The notes beneath the pieces are model-generated. The model was given only the letters and a program-made list of their open reading frames with translations, ran no database searches and was not told the DNA's origin. A stretch of 64,000 nt of DNA from IMG/VR virus record IMGVR_UViG_3300009503_000022, positions 32,001 to 96,000 of that record; one strand, 5' to 3'. The stretch is from a virus. This document shows positions 58,473 to 64,000 of the stretch, piece after piece (position 1 is the stretch's first letter; every line of letters starts with the position of its first letter). Position numbers and translations under genes: made by a program.

Positions 58473-58727
58473 TTATACCTCCGTCAAATTACCCGGTATT
58501 GGCTGAGGATATGTCGTCACAGACGCATTATTAACCCTTAAATGAGAATTTATATAATCAGCTAATCCTGAAGAAATAGCATCTATTAAACCATCTAACT
58601 CATCAGGTAATTTAGATTTATCTTCTATTAGATTACCATTACTATCATAACTTTTCTTATAATATCCTTTAGATAATAATGAATTTTTTATACTAAACTT
58701 TATCATTTGTGCAGTAACACCAGGCAT
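58473..58727 (-). CDS. Hypothetical protein
   Basis: ORF track; strong SD. Confidence 0.55.
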   Translation of the reverse strand: MPGVTAQMIKFSIKNSLLSKGYYKKSYDSNGNLIEDKSKLPDELDGLIDAISSGLADYINSHLRVNNASVTTYPQPIPGNLTEV

Positions 58728-58744
58728 TTTTAAAAATCCTCCCT

Positions 58745-59044
58745 TTAAATTATACCACTATAATCCATCCAAACTGAATCGAGATTAAACCCTGTTACTT
58801 CTATCTTACAAGTACAACCAGGATGAGTCAATGTATAAATAGGTGCTTCATATTCAGCATCTGAAATAAAATCTTCTAATGGAATTTCTTCTTTATTATA
58901 TTCCTTACAAATACGACAAGAATCTGGTTCTGCATGAAAAATAACAGTATCATATCCTTCATCTAAAAGTCTTTCTAACTCTAATAAAGTTTCTTCTACT
59001 GGAGCTTTAGCATCTATTTTAATCCAATTATTTAACATTTTCAC
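58745..59044 (-). CDS. Stand-alone MuF (Mu gpF)-like Cys/His domain protein
   Basis: DSCRICKEYN..THPGCTCKI resembles the CxxC..HPxCxC motif. Confidence 0.65.
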   Translation of the reverse strand: MKMLNNWIKIDAKAPVEETLLELERLLDEGYDTVIFHAEPDSCRICKEYNKEEIPLEDFISDAEYEAPIYTLTHPGCTCKIEVTGFNLDSVWMDYSGII

Positions 59045-59124
59045 TTATTAATTAATAACGTTACTTATCGTTATAGCAACGAATCCCTACGTATTCTTAA
59101 AAATATAAATATTTTTTATTTATA

Positions 59125-59571
59125 TTACTCTTCTCGAGGCCACTTTCCTGTAGCCGCCTCTTCTAAAGCAGCACAGAATCCTTCTGGAGATTCTGCCCAA
59201 GATTTTGCTTTTTCTACACATTTATCAAAATCTGCACCATAACTTTTCCAAGTATTCTTAATTCTTTCTTCAGACCATCCTTTAAAATATTCTTTAGCAT
59301 AAACCTCTTTTACTGCTCTATTTACTAAAGCTGATTTATGTATAGTAGGTTTTTCAATCTCTTGTCCTGTAGTTTCTACCTCTCTTAACTCCCTTTCAGT
59401 TTCTCTTGCTAAACTCTCCCATATTTCATTTGGATTAGTCACATATTTCTTTTGAACAGGACCTTCATATCTAAATCTTCTACCAATATCACTTTTACTA
59501 ATTCCTGGCTTTATTTCAGGAACTCCTTTTTCTGTTTGTTTCGTATCTGCTATTCTATATAAATTTTTCAT
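59125..59571 (-). CDS. Hypothetical head-associated protein
   Basis: C-term DFDKCV..PEGFCAAL..ATGKWP; K/R-x-A linkers. Confidence 0.5.
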   Translation of the reverse strand: MKNLYRIADTKQTEKGVPEIKPGISKSDIGRRFRYEGPVQKKYVTNPNEIWESLARETERELREVETTGQEIEKPTIHKSALVNRAVKEVYAKEYFKGWSEERIKNTWKSYGADFDKCVEKAKSWAESPEGFCAALEEAATGKWPREE

Positions 59572-59724
59572 TTTACTTACCCCCTTATTTTTTATTTTCT
59601 TCACTTAATAAATAACTTTTAAAAATAATATTTTTATTACATTTTTTACAATAATGACATTCTTTAACTTTACCATTATTTATTTCTTTTCTTATTTTTA
59701 TATCTTTATTACCACAATCACATT

Positions 59725-60246
59725 TCATTTTTGCATTTTACTGACCATTACAGCCTGAGCTTCTGCAATTCTTTCTTTTTCCTTATCTGATAAAATAAAT
59801 ACATTTGCTAAATCTGAAACTTTATTATCATTTAAAAATTCTTCCTTTTCCTCAGGCGTAAAATAACTTGCAATGGTATCAGCATTACCTCCTTTATGAG
59901 AAATATTACCTAAAGACTTTTTTATAAGTTCATCTGCACTTGTTATTACTTTAGATTTATTTTTATCATTATTACGATCAAATACTACATCTGGTTCTAA
60001 ACCTTTATTTTGCTCTTTTAATTGATTTTGATTAAAAACAAATACATCGTCAACAATGTTTTTCTTATTATTGTTAATATTTCTTTTACCATCTATTTCG
60101 TTTATTAAATCTGTAACTATCTTAGCAATCATATTTACATTTTTCTCTAAATCATCTATTCTTTTTTCTAATCTATTTATATTACTTACTTTTTCCATAT
60201 CTTGCGCATATTGCTTAAAATCTATTTTCTTTTCATAAATTTTCAT
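59725..60246 (-). CDS. Hypothetical coiled-coil protein
   Basis: SD GGAGG before ATG 60246. Confidence 0.5.
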   Translation of the reverse strand: MKIYEKKIDFKQYAQDMEKVSNINRLEKRIDDLEKNVNMIAKIVTDLINEIDGKRNINNNKKNIVDDVFVFNQNQLKEQNKGLEPDVVFDRNNDKNKSKVITSADELIKKSLGNISHKGGNADTIASYFTPEEKEEFLNDNKVSDLANVFILSDKEKERIAEAQAVMVSKMQK

Positions 60247-60292
60247 ATTACAATCCTCCATCAATTTTAAATTCATTATATTATAAAATTAA

Positions 60293-61036
60293 TCAACGAC
60301 CCATTGATTGGAAAATATCAAGAATATTTAAAAGACCTCTATTAAGATTAGCTCCTATTGATATTGGCAATTGTAACGTACCTAAACCTACTCCTTGATG
60401 CATAAAATTCATTTTAGAAACAGATAACAATTCATTATAAACATCCATTATATCTTTCATTGCATTTCTTATTTTTTCCCCTCTATCAATAGTCAAAGAC
60501 AATCCCATGTCACTATAACTAAAATCTGTTATCCCTATCCCTAAATATTTATACATACAAAATGTTATTTGTGCACTCATTATCAATACATTTTCATATC
60601 CTTGAGGAAAATTATCAATTGTATAATCAGTCTCAGGAGGATAAATATTAAAATTATATAAAGCTAACTGCAATGCCATTCGATAAATATCATCTGTCGT
60701 ATCTTTTCTTAATATCTCAGGAAGCCATCCTCTAAGCCAATTAGTTAATCTCATTTCTCTAGGAGTTAATGGAAAAAATGTCAAATAATATTGAGTCTCA
60801 ACGTTATTTACACTATCAAAAAATTTAATTAAATACCATAAATTTGTTGATGCACTTGGATCGGTATCAGTATATGTTGTAACCCATATACCATTCGAAG
60901 TTTTAGAATTTATAGTTGCAATTAATGAATAATCTTTCTGCTCAGTTACACTTCTATAAATCCTTATCTTATCATAATTCGTAGTATTTACTATTTCTGC
61001 AGGAATTGTCCAATAAATATCTACAGACAAGTTCAC
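60293..61036 (-). CDS. Head-tail adaptor / neck protein
   Basis: FN3-like N-term; FNIYPP..DFSYSDMGLSLTIDR. Confidence 0.6.
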   Translation of the reverse strand: MNLSVDIYWTIPAEIVNTTNYDKIRIYRSVTEQKDYSLIATINSKTSNGIWVTTYTDTDPSASTNLWYLIKFFDSVNNVETQYYLTFFPLTPREMRLTNWLRGWLPEILRKDTTDDIYRMALQLALYNFNIYPPETDYTIDNFPQGYENVLIMSAQITFCMYKYLGIGITDFSYSDMGLSLTIDRGEKIRNAMKDIMDVYNELLSVSKMNFMHQGVGLGTLQLPISIGANLNRGLLNILDIFQSMGR

Positions 61037-61043
61037 TCTCTCC

Positions 61044-61532
61044 TTATTTTACAATTTTTACAGGTAAAGCATATAAACCTTCTTCGGTTTTTATCAAAGG
61101 AACTTTTGCCCATCTTTTCTTACTTTTTACATATCCCATCAATTGAACATGTTGCTTTTTATTATCTCTTTCAAAATTAGGCAAAACACCATACGGAGAA
61201 ATCCTTAAAAATTGTTCAATTTTATCTTTTACACCTAATACAAGCTTTATAAGAATACTTTCATCTTTACTTATTTGATTTTCTTCATGATTAATTACCG
61301 CAATAGCAACTCCCTTCTTAGTCTTAAATTCTTTACTATCATCGGATAATTCGAATTTAATCTCCTTTATTTCCTTATTAACTAAATTACCCGTATCGTC
61401 TTCTTTTTCTTTTTCTAAAAGAATTATTTTAACATTATTCTTTTGTTCTTCAGAAATACCATCAGTATTCCATAAAATAATAATATTCTGATCGGTACGT
61501 CTGAATACTCGAAGATTTAAATTCGTTTCCAT
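61044..61532 (-). CDS. Hypothetical protein
   Basis: ORF track. Confidence 0.5.
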   Translation of the reverse strand: METNLNLRVFRRTDQNIIILWNTDGISEEQKNNVKIILLEKEKEDDTGNLVNKEIKEIKFELSDDSKEFKTKKGVAIAVINHEENQISKDESILIKLVLGVKDKIEQFLRISPYGVLPNFERDNKKQHVQLMGYVKSKKRWAKVPLIKTEEGLYALPVKIVK

Positions 61533-61544
61533 CTACGCCCTCCT

Positions 61545-62255
61545 TTACTTTAATTCTTCTAGTCTTTGTTTAATTAATTTTTCTACACTTTTATCGTATG
61601 AAGCAATCTTCTTTAACCACTCTTTATCATTTGATTTCAATATTGCCCATTTTTTTGCTAAAAATCTTTGATTTAAAAATTTCTTAATGTCTTCTGGTGC
61701 TTTTGCAATTTTTTCTGCTTCTATCTTTTTAGCTTTTTTAATTTCTTCATTCTTATTAAGTTCTTTACCAATATTATCTATAGTTTCTTGAGTTTTTTCC
61801 ATTGTTTCTTTTATAATTTTAGTAACTTTTTCTTCCTTAGCACCAAAAAAATCATTACTTTCTACAATTATACTACCCTGATCTTCTTCATCTATACCTG
61901 GAGTATAATCGACACTTTCAATATTTGGCTTAATAGTTTTACTTTGATTTTCTACATAAGGCTCATTAGATATATTTTTTGAAGAAACTCCTACTTCATC
62001 TACAAACCTTTCTATACTTGGATTATTAGAATCAACAGACTCTTTCACCACTTTTTGTGTATTATCTTCTGCTTTTGGAATTTTTCCAGTATATACCTTA
62101 ATCAACCCTTTTTCTAAAAATTTTAAAATCGTAGGTGAACTCTTAGCAACATCATCAGGAATATCTACTGATATTCCATTAGGAGATATACTCCCATACA
62201 TTTTTTCATTATCATATAAAAGAATAATTGTATTTGTTAAATTTATAAATTTCAT
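61545..62255 (-). CDS. Hypothetical protein
   Basis: ORF track. Confidence 0.5.
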   Translation of the reverse strand: MKFINLTNTIILLYDNEKMYGSISPNGISVDIPDDVAKSSPTILKFLEKGLIKVYTGKIPKAEDNTQKVVKESVDSNNPSIERFVDEVGVSSKNISNEPYVENQSKTIKPNIESVDYTPGIDEEDQGSIIVESNDFFGAKEEKVTKIIKETMEKTQETIDNIGKELNKNEEIKKAKKIEAEKIAKAPEDIKKFLNQRFLAKKWAILKSNDKEWLKKIASYDKSVEKLIKQRLEELK

Positions 62256-62280
62256 ACACTCCTCCTTTTAAATTCTTACT

Positions 62281-62559
62281 TTACTTTTTTAACCAATCTA
62301 CTCGATTTTCATCTGATTCTTCAATTTTTTGCTCACTATCAGAAATTAATTTCTTTTTCTCGACTGATTTTACTAAATTTAATTGTTTTTCTGCATTTAA
62401 TATATTCTCAGAACCTCCTAAATCAATATCTTTATACCTTGTAAAAAAATTAAACATATAACTTACATCTTTAATTTTATTACAAAACTTTATATCTAAA
62501 GCATAAGTCAATGTTTCTTCACTAAATAACTTCGATAAAATCCAACCTAAAATTCTCAT
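62281..62559 (-). CDS. Hypothetical protein
   Basis: ORF track; strong SD. Confidence 0.5.
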   Translation of the reverse strand: MRILGWILSKLFSEETLTYALDIKFCNKIKDVSYMFNFFTRYKDIDLGGSENILNAEKQLNLVKSVEKKKLISDSEQKIEESDENRVDWLKK

Positions 62560-62585
62560 TTTAAAATCCTCCTTTTTTTAAATTT

Positions 62586-62613
62586 AGGAGAGGAGAAACT
62601 AATCTCCTCTCCT
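62586..62613 (-). terminator. Intrinsic terminator-like hairpin after the capsid gene
   Basis: Perfect 11-bp stem AGGAGAGGAGA/TCTCCTCTCCT with a 6-nt loop; weak U tract. Confidence 0.65.
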
Positions 62614-62629
62614 TTAATTTTAAAATCAA

Positions 62630-63610
62630 TTACACAATTGTAAACTTGGTAATACCAGCGGTATTGTGAATACCAATACCAATCTGTTCCCAACCTACTA
62701 TATCATACTGATTTTTTGGAATATTATCAAATATCTTAACTTCAACTGCTTTCCTTTCTGGAATTCTTCCTAATTTATCAGGTGTCGTAAATACATATAC
62801 TGTTTTTGCAGGACATCTTGTAGTTACAAGCATCCTTGCTCCATATATAGAACCAAACAACCCAGTTTCAACTATTGTATTCAACGAAACCTGATCTAAA
62901 TCTGTAGAATTCCACTTTAAAATATCTGCATATTGCTCTGGATTCATCATCACTCCACCAACAATTAACTGATTTGCTAAGATCTGCTTATATGCATCTG
63001 CAAGAGCATATCTAGTTACTGAAGAAGCAGTAAATGGAGTATTAGGTCCATTTACGACTGCTGCCTCCATAACTTTAACTATCTCATCATCTTCCGCAAT
63101 TGCCATAGCAATAGCAACCCTCTCTTTACCTCTATCAAATGCAGGATATCTCCTGATTTGAATTTCTTCCCATTTTAATTCATGATCAATTGAAATTGGA
63201 AATGTAGGGAATTGCACCCTCTTTATATTTGCTTGAAATCTAGGAGCCTCTCCTCTTGCTGCAACTACTACTGCTCCAAATTCTGGAATATCCAAATCAT
63301 AAATTGGAAATTCCCCTTGAGGTATTTCATCTACCAGTAATACCCTATTTCTTCCAACTGCTACATAATCTAATCTACTCTTTAGAGGAACCTGCATAGC
63401 AAATGCAACCCTCTTTAAACCATTAGGTCCAGTAAATATAGCATTAAAAGCTTTCTCAGCTTTTTCAATCATCGCAGATGTAGGAACTACTGGCGATGAA
63501 GCTGTCCTTGAAAATCCATCTTCTCCAAGAACTGATTCAGAAATTTTTAATAAATTTTTAATAAACTCGTCTTTCTGTCTAGAAGATAAATTACTTAATT
63601 TCCCTATCAT
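62630..63610 (-). CDS. Major capsid protein (HK97 fold)
   Basis: PLKSRLDY..GR..LLVDEIPQG..P.YD, EDDE, VMMNP..YADI, G.IYGA, EQIGIGIHN; followed by a terminator. Confidence 0.85.
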   Translation of the reverse strand: MIGKLSNLSSRQKDEFIKNLLKISESVLGEDGFSRTASSPVVPTSAMIEKAEKAFNAIFTGPNGLKRVAFAMQVPLKSRLDYVAVGRNRVLLVDEIPQGEFPIYDLDIPEFGAVVVAARGEAPRFQANIKRVQFPTFPISIDHELKWEEIQIRRYPAFDRGKERVAIAMAIAEDDEIVKVMEAAVVNGPNTPFTASSVTRYALADAYKQILANQLIVGGVMMNPEQYADILKWNSTDLDQVSLNTIVETGLFGSIYGARMLVTTRCPAKTVYVFTTPDKLGRIPERKAVEVKIFDNIPKNQYDIVGWEQIGIGIHNTAGITKFTIV

Positions 63611-63641
63611 AATTTTACACCTCCTTTATATTCAAATTTTA

Positions 63642-64000
63642 TTAGCAATCTAATACAAATTGCATTACTTTAGATGTTGATGTCGGTGGCACCAATACAT
63701 ATCCTAATTTAGTATTAGAAAGTGTATTAACGTTTGTAATCAACCCCGAACTATCAACATATAATTCTTGCATCGGTACATAAGTTTTAGAATCATCAAA
63801 TGTTTTTACTGTCACTAATGCTCCTGATGAATCAATAAAATAATTAAATCTGACAGTAACAATACCTTTTACAACTACTGTTAATCTGCCAGATCCATAA
63901 GCTCCAAAAGAACCGTATGTTTCATCAACATACGCATTCTTATTAGACTTAGACAATCCAAAACACTTTACATCAGAAGTGACAGCAACTATTTTATTTG
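63642..64000 (-). CDS. Head decoration / cement-like protein (5' end outside the window)
   Basis: Frame stays open to the window edge; GSGRLTV..LYVDSSGLIT..LGYV..PP; directly upstream of the capsid gene. Confidence 0.6.
   Translation of the reverse strand, partial: NKIVAVTSDVKCFGLSKSNKNAYVDETYGSFGAYGSGRLTVVVKGIVTVRFNYFIDSSGALVTVKTFDDSKTYVPMQELYVDSSGLITNVNTLSNTKLGYVLVPPTSTSKVMQFVLDC

Noticed and set aside
59045-59124. CG-containing intergenic stretch as a structured RNA or terminator
   Set aside because: Only an imperfect short stem; no recognisable family or U tract.
3784-61982. All plus-strand ORFs in the track (e.g. 6328-6702, 48899-49237, 44894-45148)
   Set aside because: Short, F/I/L/S-rich antisense shadows of well-supported minus-strand genes, with no SD or motifs.

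Overview
A 64-kb, very AT-rich segment of a large tailed phage with a contractile tail (myovirus-like). Essentially every gene is on the minus strand, tightly packed, with strong AGGAGG Shine-Dalgarno (SD) sites. In transcription order (right to left) it holds: head decoration and major capsid protein; head-tail joining genes; a block of unusual putative head-cargo proteins (49.3-60.3 kb); tail sheath, tubes, a frameshifted chaperone and tape measure protein; baseplate; several tail fibre/receptor-binding modules; lysis-type genes; a non-coding repeat region that looks like an origin (14.6-15.2 kb); a replisome (HD nuclease, 5'-3' exonuclease, SF2 helicase, initiator, DnaC, DnaB, primase); a sigma factor; and a nucleotide/DNA-modification cluster ending in a UDG-DnaE fusion that runs off the left edge. 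The standout feature is a 1992-aa polyprotein in the head module. It strings together an ATP-dependent ligase, an ADP-ribosyltransferase (ART)-like domain, an mCpol nucleotidyltransferase, two SH3-like domains, a GGDEF cyclase, a LigD-type primase-polymerase, a sigma-70 factor and a LigD-type phosphoesterase. Its domains are separated by recurring K/R-x-A/S linkers that also occur in neighbouring head proteins and the capsid N-terminus. One linker is an exact 29-bp direct repeat flanking an in-frame 738-bp cassette. My inference is a virion-packaged, protease-processed, modular 'injected toolkit' for DNA end repair, second-messenger manipulation and transcription takeover. All family calls come from motif recognition by eye; no searches were run. 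No rRNA, tRNA, CRISPR array or transposase was recognised.
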